A stretch of DNA of 64,000 nucleotides from an uncultured delta proteobacterium. Its GTDB lineage: Bacteria; Myxococcota; Myxococcia; SLRQ01. The notes beneath the pieces were generated by a model. It worked only from the letters and a program-made list of their open reading frames with translations, was not told the DNA's origin and made no database searches. Positions within the stretch are counted from its first letter, which is position 1. Each line of letters begins with the position of its first letter. The stretch spans positions 96,001-160,000 of the forward strand of contig CAVSGM010000002.1 of assembly GCA_963727485.1 (NCBI GenBank), given 5' to 3'. Of the stretch, positions 50,850 through 60,689 are shown piece after piece. The translations under genes and the position numbers were made by a program.

Positions 50850-51818
50850 TTAGAGGTCGTTGAAGAGCCCGAGGGCGGCCGGCTCCGGCGCGAGGTACTG
50901 CTGGGCGAGGACGTAGTCGACGCCCAGGCGCCGGACGTGGTGCTTGAGGAGCGTCAGCGGCACCACCAGGGGCACCTCGCCCCGGTGGTAGGCGGCGATG
51001 GTCTCGGTGAGCTCGCCCCGGTCCTCCTCCGAGAGGCGATCGCTGACGTAGCCGGCGGCGTGCTCCAGGACGTTCACGTGGCGGCCGGTGGAGGGGAGCT
51101 GGCGCATGACCTCGGTGAAGCCCTCGAGGTAGCGGGCCGCCAGCGCCGCCACGTCGTCCCCGCGCTTCGCCTCGCCGAGGAGGCGGCCGAGGCCGGTGGT
51201 CCGGGACGGGGAGCGGGCCATGAGCACCAGCTTGTAGCGCCGGTGGAAGTCCATGAGGCCCCGGACGGTGAAGCCGTCGCCGGCGAGGTCGCGCCACCGC
51301 CGGTGGCCGTGGGCCCAGGTGAGGAAACGCTCGCGGAGGGCGGGGTCGTGGAGGCGCCCGGCCTCCTCGAGGGGGAGGTGGGGCAGCCGGCGGGCCAGCG
51401 CGGTGGCGAAGAGGCCGGCGCCGTCGTAGCGGGGGACCGGCCCCTCCCCGTAGACCTTCACCCGCTCCAGCCCGCAGCTCGGGGATCGGGACTTGAGGAT
51501 GAAGCCGTCGAGGTCCAGGGCGGCGAGGGCCTCGACCCGCCCCTCGGCGAAGCGGCGCATGGCCAGGGTGTGGTCGGTGGCGCCGTCGGCGGTCACCATC
51601 CGCACCCCGTCGACCCCGTCGACCAGGCGCAGGGTGGGGCGGGGGACCCCGAGGCCGAGCTCGACCTCCGGGCACACCTCGACCCAGGTGCAGTGCGCAG
51701 CCAGCTCGTCGGTGACGAAGCGGTCGCGCTTGTGGCCTCCGTCGTAGCGCACCTCGCGGCCGAGGAGGCAGGCGGAGACGCCGATGCGGAGGGGGCGGGG
51801 CTGGGGGGCGTCGGACAT
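50850..51818 (-). CDS. DUF523 (2-thiouracil desulfidase-like) plus DUF1722 protein (YbgA family)
   Basis: IGVSACLLG..VRYDGGHK, CPEVELGLGVPR, KSRSPSCG, FHRRYK, N.LEHAAGY. Confidence 0.88.
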   Translation of the reverse strand: MSDAPQPRPLRIGVSACLLGREVRYDGGHKRDRFVTDELAAHCTWVEVCPEVELGLGVPRPTLRLVDGVDGVRMVTADGATDHTLAMRRFAEGRVEALAALDLDGFILKSRSPSCGLERVKVYGEGPVPRYDGAGLFATALARRLPHLPLEEAGRLHDPALRERFLTWAHGHRRWRDLAGDGFTVRGLMDFHRRYKLVLMARSPSRTTGLGRLLGEAKRGDDVAALAARYLEGFTEVMRQLPSTGRHVNVLEHAAGYVSDRLSEEDRGELTETIAAYHRGEVPLVVPLTLLKHHVRRLGVDYVLAQQYLAPEPAALGLFNDL

Positions 51819-51869
51819 GCGTGGTTCAGCCCGAGCCAAGATGCTCCCCAGCCCCGTCCGGGGCCAGCG

Positions 51870-52404
51870 CTAGAAGTTCAGCGCCACCCCGAGCTTGAGC
51901 ATCCCGCTGCCGACCTCGCCTCGGAACGACACGGCGCCGGCACGGTAGATGATGCCGCCGACGCCCTGGATGTAGATGCCGGTGTAGCCGTAGTTGACGC
52001 CCGGCGAGGTGTAGATGTGCCAGCCGAGGTCGATCTTCGGGTAGATGCCCAGCTTCCCGTGCATCAGCCAGAACACCCACATGAACCCGGCGGTGGGGAT
52101 GATGTCGGTGGCCACGCCGTAGCCGAGGTAGCCGTAGTTCCAGAAGATGACGTCGGCCCCGAGCTCGACGGCGAACTGGTCGGAGAGCTGGGGGTTGTTG
52201 CGGAAGATCCCGCTGGACCCCACCGGGATGGCGAAGCGGGCGCCGACGCCGAAGCCTCCGCCGTACGCGAGGATGCCCCAGACCGAGAGGCCGGTGATGT
52301 TGCCCTGGGTGTGGTGGGCGGCTGGCGCCGCCTCCTGGGCCAGGGCCGGACTTCCGGCCGTCACCATCCCGAGGACCAAGGCAGTAGCAACGAGCGATTC
52401 TCAT
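51870..52404 (-). CDS. Small outer-membrane beta-barrel protein; apparent +1 frameshift at about 52398 in the signal peptide
   Basis: Repair gives MRSLVATALVLGMVTAGSPALA; alternating aromatic/Gly beta strands; C-terminal GVALNF. Confidence 0.62.
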
Positions 52405-52531
52405 GTTCGGCTCCGTGTTCGTGGGCGAAGGCGCAGCCGGGCGATCACGACCCCGGCTTCGTGACCAGTGCATCATCTACACCCGGAGGTCCCCAGGCAA
52501 GCTTCCTGTGGGGGGATTCGCGTATCGTCGT

Positions 52532-53371
52532 TCAGCGGACGACGGCGAGCACCGCCAGCGCCTGGACCACCAGCGTCCCGTCGAGGAGGAGGCTGTAGTA
52601 GAGGTCGCCGCGGCTGGGGGTCATGGCGGCGACGAGGCCGAGGGCCAAAGCGTCGGTGGCGACCAGGGGCCAGGTGGGGCTGGAGGCGGCGAGGCCGTAG
52701 TGCCCGGCGGCGAGTGCGGCGGCGCCGGCGAGGGTGACGACGCCGAGGATCCGGGTCGCGGGCAGGCCCAGGATCGCGGGCAGGGTGCGGATGCCCATCG
52801 CCCGATCCCGGTCGAGGTCCCGGACGTCGAAGGGGAGGCAGATGGCGAAGACGAAGAGGAAGCGCTCGGCGGCGACCCCGGCAGCGCTCCCCACCGGGGC
52901 GTGGACCTCGAAGGCCGGGAGGACCACGGTGGCCGCGGCCCAGGTGGCGGCGATGACGAAGATCTTGAGGCCGGGCACCTCCTTGAGGCGCATCGGGCCG
53001 GCGCGGCCCCGGCGCATCACCACCGGGAGGACGTAGGCCAGGGACACGGCGCCGAGGGGCACCAGCACCAGGGCCAGCGTCCAGCTCACGGCGGCGAGGC
53101 ACGACGCCACGCCCAGGGCCGCGGCAGCCGTGAGGACGAAGAGGCCCCGGCGGTGGCGGGCGACCCAGCGGTGGCGGTCGGAGCGATCGACGGCGTCCTC
53201 GTCGGCGCCGTGGACCAGGCGATCGAGGTTGTAGACGACCAGCGTCGCGAAGAAGACCAGCAGCGGCACCGGAAAGGCCCGCGGCGCGTGGCCGAGGCGG
53301 ACGTAGCTGTCCGCGGTGACCAGCCCGGCGGCCAGGGAGATCCACAGATTGGTGAACAGGAGCAGCCGCAT
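52532..53371 (-). CDS. UbiA-superfamily prenyltransferase-like membrane protein
   Basis: YNLDR..D, KEVPGLK, FDVRDLDRDRAMGIRTLP; multiple TM segments. Confidence 0.75.
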   Translation of the reverse strand: MRLLLFTNLWISLAAGLVTADSYVRLGHAPRAFPVPLLVFFATLVVYNLDRLVHGADEDAVDRSDRHRWVARHRRGLFVLTAAAALGVASCLAAVSWTLALVLVPLGAVSLAYVLPVVMRRGRAGPMRLKEVPGLKIFVIAATWAAATVVLPAFEVHAPVGSAAGVAAERFLFVFAICLPFDVRDLDRDRAMGIRTLPAILGLPATRILGVVTLAGAAALAAGHYGLAASSPTWPLVATDALALGLVAAMTPSRGDLYYSLLLDGTLVVQALAVLAVVR

Positions 53372-53479
53372 CGGCCGAGTCGGGGGCCCGCCCCCCGGCG
53401 CCAAGGCCTGGGAGCATACACGATTCGCCGCTCCACCCCGATCCTGGGCCCGGCCCGGTGCGTGGCCTATGTTTTTCCC

Positions 53480-54043
53480 ATGAACGGTCCGCCACACCTG
53501 CGGGTGATCCCCGGGGGCCGCCGCGAGGCGGTCCGGGTCGGGCCCGTGGAGGTGCGGGCCGGGCCCCCGAGCCGGCCGCCGTTCCCGGTGGACGCGGTGG
53601 TCCTCGAGGACGACACCTGGCGGGTCCTCGGCGCCGGCACCCGGCCCAGGGTCCAAACCGACGCGCCCCTGCGCGTCCACACCGGCGCCCTCGACGCCCA
53701 GCCCCTCGAGCTGGGCACGGTGCGGGTGGGGCGGGGGAGCCCGGCGCGGATCCACGCCATCGTCCACGACCTCGACGCCGAGGTGACGCTGCGCCGGGCC
53801 TCGCTGGTGACGGCCCTCCAGGGCGTCCTCGAGCTCGCCCGGGCGCGAGGCTTCTCCCGGCTCGCCATGCCGCTCCTGGGCACGGTCCACGGCGACCTCT
53901 CCGAGGCCGACGCCGTGCGCCTCCTCCGGGTCGCCCTCGAGGGCGCGCGGCCGGGCTTCCCCGCCCGGCTGTGGCTGGTGGTCCGGCCCGGGAGCGAGGC
54001 CCGGGTCCTCGAGGCCCTGGCCACCGGCGCCCGCCCGGCGTAG
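53480..54043 (+). CDS. Divergent macro-domain-like protein
   Basis: VDAVV, IHAIV, RLAMPLLGT..G pattern of the macro fold; lacks NAAN and GGG. Confidence 0.5.
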   Translation: MNGPPHLRVIPGGRREAVRVGPVEVRAGPPSRPPFPVDAVVLEDDTWRVLGAGTRPRVQTDAPLRVHTGALDAQPLELGTVRVGRGSPARIHAIVHDLDAEVTLRRASLVTALQGVLELARARGFSRLAMPLLGTVHGDLSEADAVRLLRVALEGARPGFPARLWLVVRPGSEARVLEALATGARPA

Positions 54044-54083
54044 GGCGCGCGCCGCCCCGCCCGGGCCTATCTTCATGGGTGCC

Positions 54084-54980
54084 ATGGGTCGTTTCGCCAA
54101 GCGGATCGTTCTCTTCCTGGTCACCAACCTCGCGGTGCTGGTCCTCCTGGGGATTGTCCTGCGGGTCCTGGGGATCGACGGCCTCGCCTTCGCCGGTGGC
54201 TACCTCGACTGGCGGGCGCTGCTGGTCCTCTCGGCGGTCCTCGGCTTCGGGGGCGCCTTCATCTCCCTGGCCCTCTCCAAGTGGACGGCCAAGCGCTTCA
54301 CCCGGGCCCAGGTCATCGGGCAGCCGCGCACCCCCCACGAGGCCGAGCTCCTCGAGGTGGTCCGCCGCCTCGCCCGGGATGCCGGGGTCGACATGCCCGA
54401 GGTGGCCATCTACCCCTCGCCGGAGCCCAACGCCTTCGCCACCGGCGCCCGGCGCAACCGGGCCCTGGTGGCGGTGAGCGCCGGCCTCTTCCAGGCCCTG
54501 GGCCCCGCCGAGCGCGAGGCGGTCCTCGCCCACGAGCTGACCCACGTGGCCAACGGCGACATGGTCACCCTCACCCTGGTCCAGGGGGTGCTCAACACCT
54601 TCGTCATCTTCCTCTCCCGGGTGGTGGGCTTCGCCGTGGACCGGGCGGTGTTCCGCAACGAGCGGGGCTACGGCATCGGCTACTGGGTGTCGGTGATCGC
54701 CAGCGAGATCCTCCTGGGGCTGCTGGCCACCGTGGTGGTGATGTGGTTCAGCCGCCGGCGCGAGTTCGCCGCCGACGCCGGCGCCGCGCGCCTGGTGGGA
54801 TCGCGGCCCATGGCCGACGCCCTCCGGAGCCTCCAGCGCTACCAGGCGGTGCCCGCGGCCCTGCCCCAGTCCCTCGACGCCTTCGGGATCCGCGGAGGCC
54901 GGGCCGGCGTCCTCGGCGGGCTCTTCCGCTCCCACCCGCCCCTCGAGGCCCGCATCGCGGCCCTCGAGGCCCTGGGCTGA
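54084..54980 (+). CDS. htpX: Membrane zinc metalloprotease HtpX
   Basis: KRIVLFLVTNLAV, PNAFATG, VLAHELTHVANGDMVT, WFSRRREF, SHPPLE; start 54075 or 54084. Confidence 0.95.
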   Translation: MGRFAKRIVLFLVTNLAVLVLLGIVLRVLGIDGLAFAGGYLDWRALLVLSAVLGFGGAFISLALSKWTAKRFTRAQVIGQPRTPHEAELLEVVRRLARDAGVDMPEVAIYPSPEPNAFATGARRNRALVAVSAGLFQALGPAEREAVLAHELTHVANGDMVTLTLVQGVLNTFVIFLSRVVGFAVDRAVFRNERGYGIGYWVSVIASEILLGLLATVVVMWFSRRREFAADAGAARLVGSRPMADALRSLQRYQAVPAALPQSLDAFGIRGGRAGVLGGLFRSHPPLEARIAALEALG

Positions 54981-55044
54981 TCGGCGCCGGGTGCCCCGCC
55001 CGGGGGGTGGTCCCGGGGCGGGGGCGTCTGGTACCCAGGAGGGC

Positions 55045-56226
55045 ATGACGCCGCGCACCACACGGCGGGCGGTCCTGGCGCTGCTCGTCGCCGCCGGGCT
55101 CCCGGTGACGGCGCGCGCTGCCCCCGGGGACGCACCCGCGACGCCCACCGCGACGCCTACCGCGACGCCTACCGCGACGCCTACCGCGACCGCCTCCGCT
55201 CCGAAGCCCGCCGCCCCACCGCCGCCCCCGGTCCGGGTCCTCCAGGTCGGCGTCGCCGGCAGCGCGCCCTTCGTCGTCGCCGGGCAGGCGGGTCCCACGG
55301 GCCTGGCCCTCGAGGTCTGGCGCGAGGCTGCCCGCCGCGCCGGCCTCCGCTTCCACCTGGTCCCCGTCGCTGGGGTCGCCAGGGCCCTCGACCAGGTCGC
55401 CCGCGGCACCCTCGACGTCGCCGTGGGCCCCATCAGCATCACCGCCGCCCGGGCCCGGACGGTGGCCTTCACCCAGCCCTACTACCAGGCGAGCCTCGGC
55501 ATCCTCGCCCACGCCGAGTCCAGCGTGTGGCAGCGCATCGCGCCCTTCGCCAGCAAGGCGTTCCTGGTGGCCATCGGCGTCCTCACCCTGGTGCTGGTCC
55601 TGGTGGGCCTGCTCCTCTGGTTCGCCGAGCGGCGGGCCAACCCCGAGCAGTTCCCCGAGCGCCCGGTCGCGGGCATCGGCAACGGCATCTGGCTGGCGCT
55701 GGTGACCATGACCACCGTCGGCTACGGCGATCGCGCGCCGGTGACGACCGCCGGCCGGATCATCACCGGCGTGTGGATGCTGGTGGCCATGGTCACCGCC
55801 TCGTCCCTGACCGCGGGCATCGCCACCGCCTTCACCCTCTCGCAGCTCTCCCACACCACCATCGCCAGCGCCGACGACCTCGGGGGCCGCCAGGTGGCCG
55901 TGGTGACCGGGACCACCGGCGCCGCCTTCGCCCGGGACCACGATGCCCGGGTGCTCGAGACCGCCACCCTCGACGCGGCGGTGACGGCCCTGCGCGACAA
56001 GCGCGCCGACGCGGTGGTCTTCGACCGCCCCATGCTCCGCTACTGGCTGCGCCAGCACCCCGACGCCAGCCTCCGCCTCGCGGCGCCGAGCTACCAGCCC
56101 CAGGGCTACGGCTTCGCCACCCCGCCGACGTCGTCGGCCCTCCGGCGCCGGCTCTCGGTAGCGCTCCTCGCCATGCACGAGGCCCGGCAGATCCGTGCCA
56201 TCGCCGACCGGTGGCTCGGGCCCTAG
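55045..56226 (+). CDS. GluR0-like ligand-gated K+ channel (split periplasmic binding domain S1/S2 around M1-P-M2)
   Basis: Signal peptide; SAPF, ISITAARA..FTQPY; TM; TMTTVGYGD filter; TM; GTTG, VFDRP, YGFA; AGGAGG RBS. Confidence 0.87.
   Translation: MTPRTTRRAVLALLVAAGLPVTARAAPGDAPATPTATPTATPTATPTATASAPKPAAPPPPPVRVLQVGVAGSAPFVVAGQAGPTGLALEVWREAARRAGLRFHLVPVAGVARALDQVARGTLDVAVGPISITAARARTVAFTQPYYQASLGILAHAESSVWQRIAPFASKAFLVAIGVLTLVLVLVGLLLWFAERRANPEQFPERPVAGIGNGIWLALVTMTTVGYGDRAPVTTAGRIITGVWMLVAMVTASSLTAGIATAFTLSQLSHTTIASADDLGGRQVAVVTGTTGAAFARDHDARVLETATLDAAVTALRDKRADAVVFDRPMLRYWLRQHPDASLRLAAPSYQPQGYGFATPPTSSALRRRLSVALLAMHEARQIRAIADRWLGP
55136..55190 (+). repeat. 12-bp tandem repeat (about 4.5 copies) encoding a TATP linker
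   Basis: ccgcgacgcc(c/t)a repeated in frame. Confidence 0.85.
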
Positions 56227-56261
56227 GGGGCGCGCCGGAGCTCACGGGCCCCGAGCGGACC

Positions 56262-57939
56262 CTAGGGGCAGCAGCTCGCCGGCGGCAGGAACGGCACGCA
56301 GGTGGGCTTGCCGTTGTCGACGATCATGGCCTCCCGGACCAGGTGGCCGTGGCCGTCGTCCTTGGCGTCGCAGAGGCGGATGCCGCACAGGTGCTTGACC
56401 GCGGCGCAGCACTTGGAGGGCACCGGGGTGAAGGTCACCGGCCGTGGCGTGCCGCCCTGGGTCGGGTCCGGGGCCTGGGCGCAGTCGTGGCGCACGCCGT
56501 TGTCGGGGTTCCCGTCGAAGACGGGGAACCGACCGGCGGGGCCCTGGCTGTCGAGGAGGTCGGACTGGGGGAGCTGGTCGACCGCCGAGGGGTGGTAGTG
56601 GGTGTCGGCGGGGCCGAGCTCGTTGGGGATGATCCAGGTCTGTGCGGTGAAGAAGCCGCCGCTCACGTCGTAGCCGGTGTCGGAGGTGGCCGGGTCGACG
56701 CCGCTTCGGGGCGTGCCCCCGGCGAGGCCCTGGAAGACGTCGATGTCGTAGTCCCCGGAGGGGACCTCCTGGCACTCCACCGGCTGGCCCTCGTAGAGGG
56801 GCGCGAGGTTCCCCGGCGGGATGTAGGGGACGGTGCACGCGGGGTTGGCCGGGTCGAGGGAGACCAGGGCCACCGGCGGCACCAGGATGTCGAGGGACGG
56901 GTAGATGACCTTCTTGAACAGGGTGTGGGTGGGCCGGACGCTGCCGATGAGGCGGACCACCGGGATCCCGGCCTCGACCTCGGCGGGGGTCCGGGCGCGC
57001 TGGAAGATCACCAGCGGCGTGTCCCACTCGACGCCCTGGGGCCCGAGGATGGGGTGGGGGTCGGGCTGGCCGTCGCCGTTGAGGTCCACCGGGCGGATGA
57101 ACCAGGCCTCGCCGCTGGGGTCGAGGTCGAAGCCGAGCTTCGCCGCCTTGAGGGCCGCCTTCCACTTGGGGTTGGCCGGGGGTGCCAGGTCGAGGCGGGT
57201 CTTGGTGAGGTCCCAGAGCGCCGCCTCCCCGGCCACCGGATCGGAGGTTGCCGGGAGGGTCGCCTCGCCGTCGAGGCCGAGGGTGTCGGGGTCGAGGGAG
57301 AAGAGGGGCCGCTCGGTGTCGGCCGGCGCGGCCAGGGCCACCGTGACCCCCTCGACCCGCTGGCCCTTGGGGAAGGTGGCGATGGTCCCGAAGGGGATGT
57401 GGGCGTAGACCGGCGCCGGGGAGGTGGGGTCCACGAAGGCGCCGCCGAGGACGTCGCCCCGGGTCGGCTGGTTGGCCACCGAGTAGAAGGGCGAGAAGTC
57501 GCCGGTCTCGTCGTAGAAGGCGCGGATCTGGTAGTCGTCGCCGAGGGTGATTCTGGGGCCAGGTGTACGGCGCGCTCCGGGTGATGCGCACGGCCAGGTC
57601 GGCGGGGGTGGGCTTGGCCGGGAGGCAGTCGGTCTTGAGGTTCCCGAAGAGCTGGTCGCCGGGGACGGTGAGGAGGTTGGCGGCGGTGGTCGCGTCGCCG
57701 TAGGGCGCGGGCAGGTGGTCCCAGGAGAAGAGCAGGAGCACCACCCGCCCGGCGATCCCCGTGGGCTTGCCGTTGCGGTCCCGGATGCACACCGGCCGCG
57801 GGCCCTGGTAGAGGACGGTGCCGGTGAGGATCCCGGTGGGGATGGGCGCGTTGCCGCCCGGCGGGAACGACTCCACCGGGGGCGCCTGGCAGGCGGCGAG
57901 GAGGACGGCGACGAGGGGCAGGAGGCGGCGCATGGGCAT
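56262..57939 (-). CDS. Putative outer-membrane lipoprotein (about 558 aa); apparent +1 frameshift at 57551
   Basis: MPMRRLLPLVAVLLAAC lipobox; PYTWPQ continues as ITLGDDYQIRAFYD after removing one base; DLNGDGQPD Ca-binding-like loop; Cys-rich C-terminus; TGATG coupling to the receptor gene. Confidence 0.72.
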
Positions 57940-60689
57940 CAGAAGTGGAGGGTGGCGGTGCCCCACACCCGGCGCCGGAGGACCTGGCCGAAGGGGTGCT
58001 CCCGGTGGGCGTCGTCGAGGAGGTTCTCGGCGACCACCGAGAGCTCGAGGCGATCGTGGGCGAGGCGCCAGCCGAGGCGGGCGTCGACGAGGGTGTAGGC
58101 GGGGAGGGGATAGATGCCGTAGCGCACGCCGGTCTGGGCGTCGGCCACCTGCTCCACCCAGGTCTGGGGGCTCACCCAGTGGACGTCCACGGCGACGTCG
58201 AGGCCGAAGCGCGAGCGGTACTGAACCCCGCCGTTGACCTTGTGGGTGCTGGTGCGGTGGTCCTTCTCCAGGCCTCCGAGCTTCACCGCCACGTCCTGGG
58301 GCGCGGTGTCGGAGAGCTCGTAGTTGGCGTAGACGTCGAGGCCGTCGAGGGGGGCCACCCGGACGCCCACGTCGGCGCCCACCTGCCGGAAGGTCGTGGG
58401 GAGGTTCACGAACTGGAGGCTCCCCACCGGGTAGGCGGCCGCGCCCGACTGGTACCCCGGGGTGTTGGCGAGGGTGTAGGGGGTGATGGCCCCGAGGACG
58501 ATCTCGTTGTCGATGAGGTTGTAGTAGCCGTTGACCTCGACGCTGGCGATCTCGCCGAGGTGCTGGGCGTAGCCGAGCTCGGTGGAGACCATGCGCTCGG
58601 GCTGGAGGCGGGTGTTGCCCAGGCCCAGGGCGGTGACGGCGCGGAAGGGGCTGGGGTTCTTGAAGTCGAGGTAGCTCTCGAGGAAGGTCGGGGTCCGGAA
58701 GGCGTTGCCCGCCGAGGCGCGGATGGCGATGTGGTCCGCCGGGTGGAGGACCACCGAGGCGCGGCCGCTGAACTGGAGCCCGGGGATGAGGGGGTGGCGG
58801 TCGGCGCGGCCGCCCACGGTGAGCTGGAGCTTCCTGGAGACCCGGACCGCGTCCTCGGCGAAGAGGGAGAAGTGGTTCTCCTGGTGGTCCTGGTCGAGCC
58901 ACTGCCAGTGGATGGACTTGAACCGGTAGCCGGCGCCCACGGCGAGGTCGTGCTCGAGGCCGAGGACGTGGAGGCGCCGGGACCAGGCGGCCTCGACGTC
59001 GGCGACCTGGGAGACGATGTTCCCGGTCTGGACCGGGATGCCGCCCGGGACGGTGGCGACCGCGCCCACGTCGCCCATGAACACGTTCCAGAAGCTGCGG
59101 ATGGTGAGGCCCACCGGCGTCTGGAGGGAGGCGTAGGTCTGGGAGAAGAAGCCGTTCTGGACCTCGAGCTCCCGGAGCTGGCTGATGCCCTGGAAGGCGA
59201 GGTTGAAGCTCGACACCGCGGTGCCGCCCCGGGCGAGCCACCCCTCGGCGAGGCGGTAGCGCAGGTCGGCGTCGACGTAGGCGTGCTCCAGGCCGAGGTA
59301 GGGGTTGGCGGCGTAGGGCTGCACATCGACCCGGCCCGGGGCCACGGAGATGCTGTAGTCGTTCTCGCGGTGGTAGCCGCCGCTGAACCGGTAGGCGAAG
59401 CCGGTGGCGCCGCGGCCGGTGAGGCTCACCGAGGTGCGCGCCGACTGGCCGGTGCCCAGGCCGCCGGTGACCTGGGAGCGGCCGTCGCCGGGCTCCCGGG
59501 TGATGATGTTGATGACCCCGGCGAAGGCGTCGGCGCCGTAGAGGGACGACGCCGGCCCGCGGATGATCTCGATGCGCTGGATGTCGGAGACGTCGACGGG
59601 GAGCGCCTGCCACAGGGTGGCGCCGATGAAGTCGAGGAAGACCGACCGTCCGTCGACGAGGACCAGGACCTTGTTGGAGAGGCGCTGGTTGAGGCCCCGG
59701 ATGGAGACCTCGCTGTCGCCGGGGGTGAGGGTCATGACGTCGACGCCCGCGGCGCGGCGGAGGAGCTCGGCGATATCGGTGATCCCCGAGAGGCGGATGT
59801 CCTGGGCGGTGACGATGGTGGTGGAGTTCGGCGCGTCGAGGGGCGACTGGGCGAAGCGCGAGGCCGAGACCACCTCCTCTTTGTAGACGTCCATCCCGCT
59901 GCGGGGGGCGGTCTCGCGGATGAGCTGCTCGAGGTGGGCGCCGGCCTTGGTCTCGGTCTTGCCCTGGGCCTCGGGCTTGGCCCCTGCCTGGGTCTTGGTC
60001 CCGGCGGTGCCGGCGGCGGTCGCGGCGGTCTTGGCCCCGGGGCTCGCCGGCGCCTGGGGCGCGACCACCGTCCGGGTCTGGAGGTGCTGGGCCAGGGTGT
60101 CGAGGGCCTGGGCGCGGGTCTCGAGGTCGTGGCTCCGGGCGGCGGTGGCGAGGGCCCCGAGCTGCCTGGCGGTGGCCTTCAGCTCGGCGATCTCCTGGGG
60201 CGTCGCCGCGGCGGTGGCCGGGTGGGTCGCGGGCTGGGGCCTGGCCGGGGCGCCGGTGGCGGTGCCGGCCGGGGCGCCTGGGGGCTGGCCGGTCGCGGGC
60301 GCGTGGGTCCCGGTGGCCGGGGGCGCCTCCACCTGCCGGGCGGCGAGCTGCTGCCGGAGCGCCTCGATGGTGCGCTCGATCTCCGGGCGGTCCGGCGGAT
60401 CCCACTTGAGGTACTGCTGGAAGGTGTCGATGGCCTTGGCGGCCTCGCCCGCCTCGGCGTAGGCGCGGCCGATGTTGTAGAGGACCGCCGGGTTGGGCAG
60501 GAGCCGGTAGGCGGCCTGAAGCTCGGCGACGCCGGCGTCGACCTGGCCCGCCTGGATGAGGCTCATGCCCTTGCGGAAGTGCTGGCGCGCCTCGCCGCGG
60601 ACGTCGGCCCGGGCGATGCGGGGGAGGGCGACGACGAGGAGGAGGACGGCAGCGAGTCGGGCGAGGCGGATGAGGGGGGCGCGCGCCAT
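57939..60689 (-). CDS. TonB-dependent receptor with N-terminal TPR domain
   Basis: Signal peptide; TPR ARQHFRKG...LYNIGRAY...FQQYL; Ala/Pro/Thr linker; plug VVSASR...IQRIEIIRGPASSLYGADAFAGVINIIT; FRTPTF, ENLLD, terminal Phe. Confidence 0.92.
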   Translation of the reverse strand: MARAPLIRLARLAAVLLLVVALPRIARADVRGEARQHFRKGMSLIQAGQVDAGVAELQAAYRLLPNPAVLYNIGRAYAEAGEAAKAIDTFQQYLKWDPPDRPEIERTIEALRQQLAARQVEAPPATGTHAPATGQPPGAPAGTATGAPARPQPATHPATAAATPQEIAELKATARQLGALATAARSHDLETRAQALDTLAQHLQTRTVVAPQAPASPGAKTAATAAGTAGTKTQAGAKPEAQGKTETKAGAHLEQLIRETAPRSGMDVYKEEVVSASRFAQSPLDAPNSTTIVTAQDIRLSGITDIAELLRRAAGVDVMTLTPGDSEVSIRGLNQRLSNKVLVLVDGRSVFLDFIGATLWQALPVDVSDIQRIEIIRGPASSLYGADAFAGVINIITREPGDGRSQVTGGLGTGQSARTSVSLTGRGATGFAYRFSGGYHRENDYSISVAPGRVDVQPYAANPYLGLEHAYVDADLRYRLAEGWLARGGTAVSSFNLAFQGISQLRELEVQNGFFSQTYASLQTPVGLTIRSFWNVFMGDVGAVATVPGGIPVQTGNIVSQVADVEAAWSRRLHVLGLEHDLAVGAGYRFKSIHWQWLDQDHQENHFSLFAEDAVRVSRKLQLTVGGRADRHPLIPGLQFSGRASVVLHPADHIAIRASAGNAFRTPTFLESYLDFKNPSPFRAVTALGLGNTRLQPERMVSTELGYAQHLGEIASVEVNGYYNLIDNEIVLGAITPYTLANTPGYQSGAAAYPVGSLQFVNLPTTFRQVGADVGVRVAPLDGLDVYANYELSDTAPQDVAVKLGGLEKDHRTSTHKVNGGVQYRSRFGLDVAVDVHWVSPQTWVEQVADAQTGVRYGIYPLPAYTLVDARLGWRLAHDRLELSVVAENLLDDAHREHPFGQVLRRRVWGTATLHF

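Noticed and set aside
50707..56226. Genomic island integrated at tRNA-Thr
   Set aside because: No integrase, no duplicated tRNA 3' end seen, and no evident change in GC or codon usage.
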